A stretch of 64,000 nucleotides of DNA from Polyangiales bacterium (GCA_038231275.1 JBBRLQ010000014.1:96001-160000); one strand, 5' to 3'; positions 35,158 to 45,424 are shown, numbered from the stretch's first letter. Numbers and translations: made by a program. The notes: a model not told the origin generated them from the sequence alone.

Positions 35158-35911
35158 CGGCGGACCCCATGTACGCCTCACGCACGGCCGGATCCGCCGA
35201 GACTTTGGCGTAGTCGCCCTCCGCGAGGATCTCCCCGCGCGCGAGGACGGTGATCGTGTCCGAGAGGCGCGAGACGACGCTGAGGTTGTGCTCGACCATG
35301 AGCACCGTGCGCCCGGCGGCGACCGATTTGATGAGCGCCGCGATGCGATCCACGTCCTCGTGTCCCATGCCGGCGGTGGGCTCGTCGAGCAAGATGAGCT
35401 CGGGTTCGAGCGCCAACGTCGTCGCGATTTCGAGGGCCCGCTTTCTCCCGTACGAGAGCTGGCCGGCCGGCGTCGCGGCGAAGGCCTCGAGCCCCACGAA
35501 CCCGAGCAGCTCGAGCGCCCGCGGGTGCAGACCCTCGAGTGCGCGCGGCGAGCGCCAGAACGCGAACGATCGACGGTGGTCCTTGCCTTGGAGGGCCACG
35601 CGCACGTTCTCGAGCGCGGTCAGGTTGGGGAAGACCGACGAGATCTGGAACGATCGCACGAGCCCCAGCCTCGCGACGTCTGCCGGCGGCGTCCGCGTGA
35701 TGTCGCGGCCCTTGTAGGTGATGCTACCGCTCGTCGGGACGAGGAACTTCGTCAGCAGGTTGAAGCACGTCGTCTTCCCGGCGCCGTTGGGGCCGATGAG
35801 CGCGTGGATCGTCCCCCGCCGCACGCGCAGGCTCACCGCGTTGACCGCGACGAAGCCGCGAAAGTCTTTGGTGAGACCTTCCGTCCGAAGGATGACGTCC
35901 TCGCCCGACAT
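35150..35911 (-). CDS. livG: ABC transporter ATP-binding protein (LivG-like)
   Basis: GPNGAGKTT, LSYGRKRALE, LLDEPTAG, VREAYMG. Confidence 0.93.
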   Translation of the reverse strand: MSGEDVILRTEGLTKDFRGFVAVNAVSLRVRRGTIHALIGPNGAGKTTCFNLLTKFLVPTSGSITYKGRDITRTPPADVARLGLVRSFQISSVFPNLTALENVRVALQGKDHRRSFAFWRSPRALEGLHPRALELLGFVGLEAFAATPAGQLSYGRKRALEIATTLALEPELILLDEPTAGMGHEDVDRIAALIKSVAAGRTVLMVEHNLSVVSRLSDTITVLARGEILAEGDYAKVSADPAVREAYMGSADA

Positions 35912-35920
35912 GCTGGGAAC

Positions 35921-37729
35921 CTACGACCGCCTGGTCGCCGCATACAGCGAGACCAGCGAAGCCGCATACAAGCCGAGCATCATCGTGTCGGCGAAGAACT
36001 TCGTCGCGCCGCCCGCGCGCTCGAGGCCGGGCTCGACGACCTTGGCGATCGCCAGCGAGAAGAAGAGCGCGCCGAAGACCAGGCCGAGGGCCTTCGTTCT
36101 CGGATGACGCAGACGGAAGAAGATCGACGGGAGGCCGCACGCCGCGAACGCAGGAAGCACGGTAAACGCCGCCGCCCCGGCCGAGCCGACACCGACGCCG
36201 AGCGCGCCCGCGATCGGCGATAGGGACGCGCTCAGCACGAGGACGCCGTACCCGACCGCCGTGGCGATGAGGACCGCCGCCCAATCGAACGGCTCTGCGG
36301 CGGCTGCCTCCGCGGAGACGCCCGCGTCGATCTCGTGATGCTTCGTCTCCTTGATGAACACGCCACCGACGACGACGGTCACGAGCGCGACGCCGATGGG
36401 ATACAGGAGCCCCGCGTAAATCGAGCGCGACCCGAACGCCTCCTTGGCGGCCGCCGAGGTCGTCACGGCCGTCGCGATCAACGGCAAGAAACCACCGAAC
36501 CAACCGTTGCCGAGGTGATACGGCAGCGACATCGACGTGTACCGAATCTTCGTCGGGAAGAGCTCGACGAGGAACGCCGCGATCGGGCCGTAGACCATCG
36601 TCACGTAGACGAGCTGGACGAAGACGAGCAGCACCATCGCCGCGAGCTGCCCGCCCGACAGATCCGCCCAGAGCACCTTCGGCGCGCCGCTCGGGTTCGC
36701 GACGGCCTTCATCGCCATGTAGATCGGCAGGTAGGTGAGCGCCGCGAGGAGGCACCCGGCGAGGATGATCTTCTTTCGTCCGACGCGGTCCGAGAGGTGG
36801 CCGAAGAAGAGAAAAAGCGGGGTGCCGAGGAGGAGCGCGACGGCGACGATAAAGTAGGAAGGGAGCCAGTCGAGCTTGAGCGCAGACTGCAAGAACGTGA
36901 GCGCATAAAACTGCCCGGTGTACCAAACGACGCCCTGCCCCGCGGTCGCGCCGAAGAGGGCGAGGAGGACGTAGCGGAGGTTCACGGGATTGGTGAAGCT
37001 CTCCTTCAGCGGATTGACCGACAGCTTGTTGGCGCTCTTCAATTTGGAGAAGAGCGGGCTCTCCTGCATCTTCAGGCGGATGTAGAGGCTGACGGCGAGG
37101 AGGAGGAAGGACAGGAGGAACGGTACGCGCCACCCGGCGATGCCCGCGAGCGCGCCGCCGCCGGTCTTGAACGCCACCTCGCCGAAGCCGAGGCGCGTCG
37201 CGCCGATGACGCCCATGCTGAGGAAGAACCCGAGCGTCGCCGTCGTCTGGATGTACGCCGTGAAGTAGCCGCGCCGCGCATCGGGGACGTGCTCGGCGAC
37301 GTAGGTTGCCGCGCCGCCGTACTCACCGCCGAGCGCGAGGCCTTGGGCGAGACGCAGGAGCACGAGGACGACGGTGGCGGTGATCCCGATCTGCTCGTAC
37401 GTCGGCAAAAAGCCGACGAGCGCGGTCGAGAGGCCCATCGTCGCCATCGTCACGAGGAAGGTGTATTTGCGGCCGATCAGGTCGCCGATGTGGCCGAACA
37501 CGAGCGCGCCGAGCGGCCTCACGCCGAAGCCTGCGCCGAACGTCGCGAGGCTCGCCAAGAGCTGCGCCGTCTCGTTTCCCGGTGGAAAGAAGCGGGAGCC
37601 GAAGAACACGGCGAGGCTGCCGTACAGGTAGAAGTCGTACCACTCGAACAGGGTGCCGAGAGACGACGCGAGGATGACGCGGCGGATCGTCGCGGAGTCG
37701 ATCGGGGCGGATCCCTCGGAGGCGCTCAT
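35921..37729 (-). CDS. MFS transporter (metabolite:H+ symporter family) with an extra C-terminal hydrophobic domain
   Basis: GTLFEWYDFY, GDLIGRK, QGLALGGEYGGA, WRVPF, ELFPTKIRY, followed by about 130 additional hydrophobic residues. Confidence 0.9.
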   Translation of the reverse strand: MSASEGSAPIDSATIRRVILASSLGTLFEWYDFYLYGSLAVFFGSRFFPPGNETAQLLASLATFGAGFGVRPLGALVFGHIGDLIGRKYTFLVTMATMGLSTALVGFLPTYEQIGITATVVLVLLRLAQGLALGGEYGGAATYVAEHVPDARRGYFTAYIQTTATLGFFLSMGVIGATRLGFGEVAFKTGGGALAGIAGWRVPFLLSFLLLAVSLYIRLKMQESPLFSKLKSANKLSVNPLKESFTNPVNLRYVLLALFGATAGQGVVWYTGQFYALTFLQSALKLDWLPSYFIVAVALLLGTPLFLFFGHLSDRVGRKKIILAGCLLAALTYLPIYMAMKAVANPSGAPKVLWADLSGGQLAAMVLLVFVQLVYVTMVYGPIAAFLVELFPTKIRYTSMSLPYHLGNGWFGGFLPLIATAVTTSAAAKEAFGSRSIYAGLLYPIGVALVTVVVGGVFIKETKHHEIDAGVSAEAAAAEPFDWAAVLIATAVGYGVLVLSASLSPIAGALGVGVGSAGAAAFTVLPAFAACGLPSIFFRLRHPRTKALGLVFGALFFSLAIAKVVEPGLERAGGATKFFADTMMLGLYAASLVSLYAATRRS

Positions 37730-37909
37730 GGGGCGGATCCTCGGGCGGCGCAGTCGATTCGGCAAGCCGAACTTTGTCGCGCGGCGAGGCGACTCAGGGG
37801 CCGCGCGAGGCGGCGTCGAGGTCGTCGGTCGCGGCCATGGATCCCCCGCCGAAAAAGTAGCAGTATTCGTCCGTGCGTGACGTTCAGGATCGGAAGCGTG
37901 GAGGTTCGC

Positions 37910-38731
37910 GTGACGCGTGACCCGCAGTTCGTGGACGCCAACGGGATCCGCTTCGCGTACTTCGAGGAGGGTGCGGGGCCGCTCGTCCTCCTCTTCCACG
38001 GCTTTCCGGATACGGCGCACTCGTGGGACGACGTGCGGCCGCGAATCGCCGCGAAGGGCTACCGCGTCGTCAGCCCATTCATGCGAGGGTATCGTCCGAC
38101 CGCCGCCCCTCCGCGCGACGCCGACGCCGAGACGCTCGCGCGGGACGTGCTCGGCCTCATCGACGCGCTCGGCGAGAAGGAAGCGATCCTCGTCGGCCAC
38201 GACTGGGGCGCTGCGGCCGTGTACGGCGCAACGGCGCTCGCGCCCGAGAAGGTGAAGAAGCTCGTCGCGGTGGGTATCCCGCACCCCGCGACCTGGCGAG
38301 TTACGCCGGGCAAGCTGTGGGGCGTCCGGCATTTCTTCGCGTACAAGGTCCCGGGCGCCTCCAAGCGCTTCGCCCGCGACGACTTCGCCGCGCTTCCCAA
38401 AATCTGCAAGCGTTGGTCGCCGGAGTGGACGCCGAGTGCCGCCGAGCTCGCGCCAGTCCGGGAGTGCTTCGCCGACGCCGCGAGCCTCGACGCCGCGTTC
38501 GGGTACTATCGCGAGCTCGCCTTCATCCCGGCGCGCTGGCTCAAGGCGCGCATCGCGGTGCCGACGGTCGTGTTCTCCGGCACGTGTGACCCCAACGCGG
38601 ACCGCGAAGACTACGCGCGAGGCGGCGTGCTCTTCGACGGCCCGTACGTCATCGAAGAGATGCCCGGCGGGCACTTCATGCACCGCGAGCACCCCGCCGT
38701 CTTCGCGGAGAAGCTGCTCGCGCATTTGTGA
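37910..38731 (+). CDS. Alpha/beta hydrolase (epoxide hydrolase family)
   Basis: HGFPD, GHDWG (Asp nucleophile), GHFMHRE. GGAGG upstream of the GTG start. Confidence 0.9.
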   Translation: MTRDPQFVDANGIRFAYFEEGAGPLVLLFHGFPDTAHSWDDVRPRIAAKGYRVVSPFMRGYRPTAAPPRDADAETLARDVLGLIDALGEKEAILVGHDWGAAAVYGATALAPEKVKKLVAVGIPHPATWRVTPGKLWGVRHFFAYKVPGASKRFARDDFAALPKICKRWSPEWTPSAAELAPVRECFADAASLDAAFGYYRELAFIPARWLKARIAVPTVVFSGTCDPNADREDYARGGVLFDGPYVIEEMPGGHFMHREHPAVFAEKLLAHL

Positions 38732-38761
38732 GTCCACCGGCCGCCCGCCTCGGCCTTGGCG

Positions 38762-39127
38762 CTACCGCAGCTGCTCTTCGATCGATCGCGTCTTGTCGGT
38801 GACGACATCGCCGGTGTGCTTCGTCGTCACCGTCTCGACGAGCAGGATCCAGCACTCCTCGTCGGCCACTGGGTTGTGCATCGTGTTCCGCGGGACGACA
38901 TGCACGTCGCCGGGACCCAGGCTCACATGCGCGCCGCTTTCGTACTCGATCCGCAGGTTCCCCTTGATGACGTGGAAGAGCTCGTCCTCGTCGTCGTGCT
39001 TGTGCCAGGCGAGGGAGCCCTTCGCTTTGGCGATCTTCACGAACTGATCGTTGACGCGCGCGACGACCCGCGGTGACCAAAAGTCTTCGAGCGCGCGGAA
39101 GCCGTCTTCGAGGTGGGTCACGTTCAT
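38762..39127 (-). CDS. Cupin-domain protein
   Basis: WSPRVVARVNDQFVKIAK, WHKHDDEDELF, VPRNTMHNP. Confidence 0.9.
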   Translation of the reverse strand: MNVTHLEDGFRALEDFWSPRVVARVNDQFVKIAKAKGSLAWHKHDDEDELFHVIKGNLRIEYESGAHVSLGPGDVHVVPRNTMHNPVADEECWILLVETVTTKHTGDVVTDKTRSIEEQLR

Positions 39128-39193
39128 GGCGGGGAAGGGTAGTACGGCGCGGCCCGGGCGACGAACGGGCCGTCGTTCGAGTAATCTTGCCTG

Positions 39194-41800
39194 GTGGACC
39201 TCATCGAGCGCCAAAAGCCGCTCGACCAGCTCTTGCAGTACCGCGACGAGGCGGCGCGCGGAGAGGGTCGACTGGTGCTCCTCGCTGGCGAGGCGGGTCT
39301 CGGCAAGACCGCGCTCGTGGGCGCGCTGGTGCGGGTGGCATCGGAGGGTGGGACCCGCGTGCTCGTGGGGGCGTGCGACGCGCTCTCGACGCCGCGTCCG
39401 TTGGGGCCCCTGCTCGACATCGCCGCGTCGACGCGTGGAGAGCTCGCGCGACTCCTCCAACAGGGTGCGCCGGCCGACGAGATCTTCGCGGCGCTGCTCG
39501 CGGATTTGGCGACGGGCCGCGCGGCGACGTTGGTGGTGATCGAAGACGCGCACTGGGTGGACGCTGCGACGCTCGATCTCCTGCGATTTCTCGCTCGCCG
39601 CCTCGCTGCGGTCCGAACCATCCTCGTCGTCACCTACCGCGACGACGAGGTGGGACCTCGGCATCCGCTTCGCACGGTGTTGGGGGACCTCGCGACGTCG
39701 GCGACCGTTCGGCGGCTCGCGCTCGCGCCGCTCAGCGAGGCCGGCGTGCGAGTGCTGTCTCGAGGGACCGCGTTCGACGCGGCGACGCTGCATCGAAGGA
39801 CGCGCGGCAATCCATTCTTCGTCGTCGAGGCGCTGGCGGCTGGCTCGACGTCGCTTCCGGAGAGCGTGCGTGACGCGGTGCTGGCGCGCGCGTCGCGGCT
39901 CGACGACGCCGCGCGCGGGACGCTGGAGGCGGCGGCCGTGCTGGGGCCTCGCATCGACCCCGCGCGGCTCGCAGAGATCGTGGAGGGACCTCTCGACGTC
40001 GACGGATGCCTCGGCGCAGGGATGCTCGAGGCCGACGGGGCGTCGCTCGCGTTCCGCCACGAGCTGGCGCGCGACGCGATTCTCTCCGTGCTGTCACCGG
40101 CGGCGCGGCGCAGCCTCCATGTCCGGGCGCTCGCGGTCCTCCGCGCGCGGTCGCACCGGGCCGAAGACCTTGCGATGTTGGCGCACCACGCAGAGGGGGC
40201 AGGCGACGCCGCTGCCGTGTGCGAGTACGCCCGTTCGGCGGCGCGGCACGCCGCATCCCTGCGCGCGCACCGCGAGGCGGCGGCGCAGTACGCCCGCGCG
40301 CGCCGTTTCTCCGACGATTTGCCGGTGTCGGAGGTGGCGGAGCTGCTCGAGGCGCACGCCTACGAGTGCTATCTGACCGACCAGGGGACCGAGGCCATCG
40401 CGGCGCTTCAGACGGCGACTGCGCTTCGGGAGCAACTCGGGGAGCCGCTTCGCCGCGGAGAGAACCTGCGCTGGCTCTCGCGGATCTCCTGGTTCACTGG
40501 CGCCTTCGATCCGGCCAATCGCTTTGCGAAGGAGGCGCTCGCGGTGCTGGAGCCGCTGGGGCCGAGCCGCGAGCTCGCGGCGGCGTACAGCAACCAGTCG
40601 CAGCTCTGCATGAACCAGAGCGAGTCGAAAGCGGCGATCGCGTGGGGAAGGAAGGCCCTCGTCCTGGCACGGCGGTTCGACGACCCGCTCATCGAGGCGC
40701 ACGCCTGCAACAACATCGGCTCGGCGCTCGCGGGCGCGACGAAGGGAACGCGGGGGTGGGACGAGCTCGAGGAGAGCCTCGCGATCTCGCGACGTCACAA
40801 GCTGGAGGAGCACGTCGCGCGCGCCCTGACGAACCTCGCGTCCTACGCGATCGCCGCGCGCCAGCTCGATCGCGGCGCGCGTTCGCTGGAGGAGGGGCTG
40901 GCGTATTGCGCGGATCACGGCCTCGATGCCTGGATGTTCTACATGCAGGGGTGGCGCGCCACGATGTTCCTGCGCATGGGACGGCTCGATGCCGCCGTGG
41001 AGCAAGCGGCCGCGACGCTTGGTCACCCGAGTCTCTCCGCGATCAGCAAGGTCGGACCGCTATGCATCCTCGGCCTCGTCCGCGCGCTGCGGGGCGATCC
41101 CGAGGCGTGGGAGCCGCTGGACGAAGCACTCTCCATCGCGGGGCAGACGCGCGAGCTCCAGCGGCTTGCACCGGTGAGCGTGGCGCGGGCCGCGACGGCG
41201 TGGCTCGGGGGAGACGATGCGCGGGCCGTCGAAGAGGCGCTCGCCACGTTGCCGATGGCTCTCGCGCGGGACGACGTGTGGTACGCGGGCGAGCTCGCGA
41301 CGTGGGTGCGCCGCGCGGGCGGCGACGCGAAGGCGAAGGTCGCGGCGGCCGAGCCATATTGCCTTCAGCTCGCGGGGAAATGGCGGCGCGCGGCGTCGTC
41401 GTGGCGTGCGCGCGGCTGCGAGCTCGACGCGGCGTACGCCGAGCTCGACGGCGGCGTCGAGGAGTCGCTGCGCCAGGCCCTCGCGGCCTTCGACCGGATG
41501 GGTGCGCGTGCGATGACCACGCGAATCACGCGCAAGCTGCGCGAGCTGGGTGTGCGCGCCGTGCCGCGAGGCCCACGCCAGAGCACGCGTGAGAATCCGG
41601 CGGGCCTCACGGATCGCGAGCTCGGCGTCCTGCGCGAGCTCGCCGCCGGCCTGAAGAACGCCGACATCGGCCGCAGGCTCCACATCTCCGCGAAGACAGT
41701 GGACCACCACATCTCCTCAATCCTCACCAAGCTCGCCGCCAAGAACCGCACCGAGGCGGTCCACAAGGCCGCCGCGATCGGCATCGCGCTTCCCAAATAG
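39194..41800 (+). CDS. LuxR-family regulator with N-terminal AAA ATPase and TPR region (MalT/LAL-like)
   Basis: Walker A GEAGLGKT, IEDAHW, GNPFF, C-terminal LTDRELGVL...ISAKTVDHHISSILTKL. Confidence 0.93.
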   Translation: MDLIERQKPLDQLLQYRDEAARGEGRLVLLAGEAGLGKTALVGALVRVASEGGTRVLVGACDALSTPRPLGPLLDIAASTRGELARLLQQGAPADEIFAALLADLATGRAATLVVIEDAHWVDAATLDLLRFLARRLAAVRTILVVTYRDDEVGPRHPLRTVLGDLATSATVRRLALAPLSEAGVRVLSRGTAFDAATLHRRTRGNPFFVVEALAAGSTSLPESVRDAVLARASRLDDAARGTLEAAAVLGPRIDPARLAEIVEGPLDVDGCLGAGMLEADGASLAFRHELARDAILSVLSPAARRSLHVRALAVLRARSHRAEDLAMLAHHAEGAGDAAAVCEYARSAARHAASLRAHREAAAQYARARRFSDDLPVSEVAELLEAHAYECYLTDQGTEAIAALQTATALREQLGEPLRRGENLRWLSRISWFTGAFDPANRFAKEALAVLEPLGPSRELAAAYSNQSQLCMNQSESKAAIAWGRKALVLARRFDDPLIEAHACNNIGSALAGATKGTRGWDELEESLAISRRHKLEEHVARALTNLASYAIAARQLDRGARSLEEGLAYCADHGLDAWMFYMQGWRATMFLRMGRLDAAVEQAAATLGHPSLSAISKVGPLCILGLVRALRGDPEAWEPLDEALSIAGQTRELQRLAPVSVARAATAWLGGDDARAVEEALATLPMALARDDVWYAGELATWVRRAGGDAKAKVAAAEPYCLQLAGKWRRAASSWRARGCELDAAYAELDGGVEESLRQALAAFDRMGARAMTTRITRKLRELGVRAVPRGPRQSTRENPAGLTDRELGVLRELAAGLKNADIGRRLHISAKTVDHHISSILTKLAAKNRTEAVHKAAAIGIALPK

Positions 41801-41830
41801 GGAGGTCCACCCCTCAAAATGGGGAGGTCC
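41795..41830 (+). promoter_or_regulatory. 14-bp direct repeat pair (AAATRGGGAGGTCC), 22-bp period; putative operator
   Basis: AAATAGGGAGGTCC at 41795-41808 and AAATGGGGAGGTCC at 41817-41830. Confidence 0.55.
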
Positions 41831-41900
41831 GCCGATGTGGAGCCCACTCGCCGGCCGTAGGCTCCCTCTGACGCTGGCGGTGCCGGCGGAGGAGGAACTC

Positions 41901-42173
41901 ATGCCGCGATACATGGTCGAGAGAAATTTTCCGCAAGGTCTGCAGATCCCCGTGACGAACGAGGGGGCCGAGGCCTGCTTGGGCGTCGTCGGTCGTAACG
42001 CCGAGCTCGGCGTCACGTGGGTCCATTCCTACGTGAGTGAGGACAAGAAGAAGACTTTCTGCGTGTACGACGCGCCTAGCCCCGAGGCGGTCCGAAGCGC
42101 GGCGGAGAAGAGCCAACTCCCGATCGAGCGGATCACGAAGGTCTCCGTGCTCGATCCCTACTTCTACCGCTGA
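41901..42173 (+). CDS. DUF4242-family small protein
   Basis: MPRYMVER, WVHSYVS, FCVYDAPSPEAVR. Strong GGAGG Shine-Dalgarno. Confidence 0.85.
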   Translation: MPRYMVERNFPQGLQIPVTNEGAEACLGVVGRNAELGVTWVHSYVSEDKKKTFCVYDAPSPEAVRSAAEKSQLPIERITKVSVLDPYFYR

Positions 42174-42661
42174 AGGCTCGGGTCCCGGCGCTGACCGGAT
42201 GCGGCGGCGCCGGGGTCACTCGTCAAAGAAGCCACATGGGGCGCGGACGCGTCGTGAGCTCGCCGCCTCGCGGTCGTTGCTGGGGCGGTGCGAATGCGCT
42301 CGAACTCCGCGTGAAGCCGCGCGAGCTCTGCGTCGGTCAGGTCCTCGAGACCGACCAGACCGTTTCGTGCGTTGCGCCCCGAGCGAATGAGCTCGTCGAG
42401 CTTCAGGTGGATCGCGTGCGCGTCGCGATTTTGTGTTGATTGAATGAGAAAGACCATGAGGAACGTCACCACCGTCGTGCCGGTATTGATGACGAGCTGC
42501 CACGTATCGGAATAGTGGAAGATCGGGCCGGTGATGCCCCACACGAGGATGACGGCCACCGCCATGGCAAACGACCACGGGCTCCCGACGGCAGCCGCCG
42601 TGTGCTGGGCGAAATGTCGAAACCTGTCCGTGACGAGGTCGTTCGATGGCGTAGGCGTCAT
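42164..42661 (-). CDS. Low-affinity iron permease-family small membrane protein
   Basis: YSDTWQLVINTGTTVVTFLMVFLIQSTQNRD...LKLDELI. Confidence 0.88.
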   Translation of the reverse strand: MTPTPSNDLVTDRFRHFAQHTAAAVGSPWSFAMAVAVILVWGITGPIFHYSDTWQLVINTGTTVVTFLMVFLIQSTQNRDAHAIHLKLDELIRSGRNARNGLVGLEDLTDAELARLHAEFERIRTAPATTARRRAHDASAPHVASLTSDPGAAASGQRRDPSLQR

Positions 42662-42673
42662 CTCCGACACCCG

Positions 42674-42689
42674 AGCAAGAGGCGTTCCA
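42674..42689 (-). promoter_or_regulatory. Putative sigma-54 promoter (TGGAAC-GCCTC-TTGCT)
   Basis: Near-consensus -24/-12 box, 12 nt before ATG 42661. Confidence 0.6.
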
Positions 42690-42732
42690 CTGCGCGCCAT
42701 TGCCGAGGTGACGTGACCGTCGAAGGGTCCGA

Positions 42733-44046
42733 TCAGTGCTTTTGCAGCACCTGCATCGCGTCGTCGTGGCGTTTTCGGACCACGGCGGGCGCCTCGCGGT
42801 CGAAGCTCGCGTGATCGACGGCCGCGGCCGGTGAGGGGGAAGGGGATGCGCCGCCTCCGCCGCCCCGCTGCGCGTGCGGCGGCGGTGCCGGCGCTTCTTT
42901 GACGTCGCTCGCGCGCGCACGCCGGATCTCCTCGAGCGTCTCCGCGGCCTCCGTGGCTCGGCTCGCCGCGCGCTCGACCTCCACGTTCTTCCCCGCCGCG
43001 AGCTTCGCATCGTCTCCCGTCGCGTGGCTGCCGAGGAACACACGCCGCTCCGCCTGCGCGCCGCCGACGCCTTCATTGAAGCGCAGCACCGCGTCGAGCA
43101 GCTCCACCGCCGCGCCGTCCTTGCGACCGTTCGTCGAGAGCTTCACGACCACGTCCATCTTCTCCCCGAGCGCGAGATCGCCCACGTGCACGCGCACGCC
43201 CGTGCCGTTGCGGATGATCTCCTGTCCGACGACGTCGTCGATCGTGACGCCAGGTCCCGCGGAGAGATCGAGCCACGCGTCGCGCGCGTACGTTTTCTGC
43301 AAACGCGCGACCTCCTCCTTGAAGAACGAGGGCACCTTGGACGAGTCGGCGACGTACTGGAATCGGCCGCCCGTCACCTGCGCCATCTTCCCCATGAGGC
43401 TCTCGTCGTAGTCGGGCCCGAGGCCCAGCGCAGTGATGGAGATGCCGCCTTGTCCCGCGTTGGCGGTGAGCGGGCCGATCGTGCTCGCGTCGTTCGGCAC
43501 GCCGTCGCCGAGCAAGATGACGCGGTTCACCGCCTCCGGATCGAGGTGCGCCTGCACCTCACGCACGCCCATCGCGAGGCCGCTCGCCATGTCGGTCGTG
43601 CCCTCGGCGCGCATCGCCCGCAGCTTTCCGCGGACGTCCTTCAGGTCGGCGTCGTCGAGCACCGTCGAGGGAAGCAGCAACTCGGCCTTCGAGTTGAAGA
43701 CGACGACGGACAGTCGATCCTTCGGCGACAGCGAGTCCACCAGCGCCAGCGCCGCTGCGCGCGCGTCCTCGATCGCCTTGCCCTCCATCGAGCCCGACGT
43801 GTCGACGACCAGCGCCAGATTCGCGGGCGGGCGACCGCTGCGGTCCATCGGCTTCACGCCGACCGAGATCTCCGCGATCACCTGCGAGGGCACCCCCGCG
43901 CGCACGAACCGGTTCGCCGCCGCCACCTCCATCGACAACGCGTCGATCTTCGCTCCCCGCGGCTCCGACGGCCGCCCGCACGAGAGGAGGAGCGAGAACG
44001 CGAAAAATCCGAGCGTGGGGGCATGAAGACGGGCATGACGGCGCAT
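42733..44046 (-). CDS. VWA-domain lipoprotein
   Basis: LLSC lipobox, MIDAS motif DTSGSM, GTTDM, LLGDG. Confidence 0.87.
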   Translation of the reverse strand: MRRHARLHAPTLGFFAFSLLLSCGRPSEPRGAKIDALSMEVAAANRFVRAGVPSQVIAEISVGVKPMDRSGRPPANLALVVDTSGSMEGKAIEDARAAALALVDSLSPKDRLSVVVFNSKAELLLPSTVLDDADLKDVRGKLRAMRAEGTTDMASGLAMGVREVQAHLDPEAVNRVILLGDGVPNDASTIGPLTANAGQGGISITALGLGPDYDESLMGKMAQVTGGRFQYVADSSKVPSFFKEEVARLQKTYARDAWLDLSAGPGVTIDDVVGQEIIRNGTGVRVHVGDLALGEKMDVVVKLSTNGRKDGAAVELLDAVLRFNEGVGGAQAERRVFLGSHATGDDAKLAAGKNVEVERAASRATEAAETLEEIRRARASDVKEAPAPPPHAQRGGGGGASPSPSPAAAVDHASFDREAPAVVRKRHDDAMQVLQKH

Positions 44047-44138
44047 CCCCTCCCTACGTCGCAACCTCACGAACGATCTGGCGCGGGGCTCGATTTGAGT
44101 TTCCCGCGTCGTCGTGGTGAGGCGGAGTAAGGTGGCGC

Positions 44139-45248
44139 ATGCCATCGAACCCGCTTGGAATCGGCATTCTCGGCTTCGGTGGCTTCGCGATGTTCGCGGC
44201 GCAGCAGTTCGCGCAGGTGCCAGGGGCTGCCCTGCGGTGCATCGCGGGCACGCACCGTGAAGCGTCGCTCGCGTGCGCGGCGCGCTTCGGCCTCACCGAC
44301 GTGCAGCGCGCCGAGGTCATGTTCGCGATGCCCGACGTGGACATCGTCTACGTCGCGACGCCGCCCTTCCTCCACCACGAGCAGGCGCGCGCGGCCCTCC
44401 TCGCCGGCAAGCACGTCATCGTCGAGAAGCCTCTCGCCGTCACGATGGCGCAGGCCGACGAGCTCGTCGGCATCGCGCGCGACAGGCGGCTCCTCCTCGT
44501 GACCAACCTCATGCAGCGTTACAACCCGCTCTTCGCGCAGATCAAGGCGCTGGTGGACTCGAAGGTGCTGGGCGAGGCGCTCCACGGCAGCTTCGAGAAC
44601 TACGCTTGCGATGAAGGGCTCGGGCCCGATCACTGGTTCTGGGACCCCGCCAAGAGCGGCGGGATCTTCATCGAGCACGGCGTGCACTTCTTCGACATGT
44701 TCGCCGGATGGCTCGGCGCCGGCCGCGTCGAATCGGCGGGGCGCGTGCTGCGGCCGGGATCGGGGTTCGAGGAGCAGGTCTACTGCACCGCCCGCCACGG
44801 CGGCGTGCCGGTGAATTTCTACCACGGCTTCACCCAGGCAGGCCGGATGGACCGCCAGGAGCTGCGCATCCTCTTCGAGCGCGGCGACGTGACGCTGCAC
44901 GAATGGATCCCGACGCAGGCGGTGGTGCGCACGGCGCTCGACGAAGCGGGGACGCGCGCGCTCGAGGCGATCTTCCCCGGTGCGCGCATCGACGTGGAGA
45001 GCCTCTACGCGCCGCACGAGCGCGCCGTCCACGCGCGTCACAAGGCCTACGAGGCCTATCAGCGCATCACGCTGACGTCGGCGCCGGCGACCAAGATGAC
45101 GGTCTACGGCGATCTCTTGCGCGCGATGCTCGCCGACCAGCTCGCCTTCATCGCCGATCCCTCTCACGCGCGCGTGATCACCGAGGACAACGGTCGCGAG
45201 TCGCTCCGGATGAGCGTGCACGCCACCGAGCTCGCCCGCTCGGCGTAG
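44139..45248 (+). CDS. Gfo/Idh/MocA-family oxidoreductase
   Basis: GILGFGGFA, VATPP..H, GKHVIVEKP, SGGIFIEHGVHFFD. Confidence 0.92.
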   Translation: MPSNPLGIGILGFGGFAMFAAQQFAQVPGAALRCIAGTHREASLACAARFGLTDVQRAEVMFAMPDVDIVYVATPPFLHHEQARAALLAGKHVIVEKPLAVTMAQADELVGIARDRRLLLVTNLMQRYNPLFAQIKALVDSKVLGEALHGSFENYACDEGLGPDHWFWDPAKSGGIFIEHGVHFFDMFAGWLGAGRVESAGRVLRPGSGFEEQVYCTARHGGVPVNFYHGFTQAGRMDRQELRILFERGDVTLHEWIPTQAVVRTALDEAGTRALEAIFPGARIDVESLYAPHERAVHARHKAYEAYQRITLTSAPATKMTVYGDLLRAMLADQLAFIADPSHARVITEDNGRESLRMSVHATELARSA

Positions 45249-45271
45249 AGCGTCGGCGCGCGCTTTTTTTT
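45249..45271 (+). terminator. Possible intrinsic terminator
   Basis: Short AGCG...CGCT stem running into a T8 tract right after the stop. Confidence 0.4.
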
Positions 45272-45424
45272 GGCCTGGCGAAGGATCGGCGAGACGGTCC
45301 GCCGCGAGGCGCCTCGATCGAACCCCACCCAGGATTTCGCGCGCCGGTGTCAGGTTCACGGCGAGCGCCGCGTAAGCCCCACAGTCCGCCCCCTTCGACG
45401 CGGCGGCAGAAAAGGCAAATCTCG

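Noticed and set aside
35921..38737. ORF-track N-terminal extensions (938-aa MFS, 987-aa kinase, 865-aa LivM, 655-aa EAL protein) as novel fusions
   Set aside because: The extensions overlap other genuine genes and have shadow-ORF composition. The true starts are internal.
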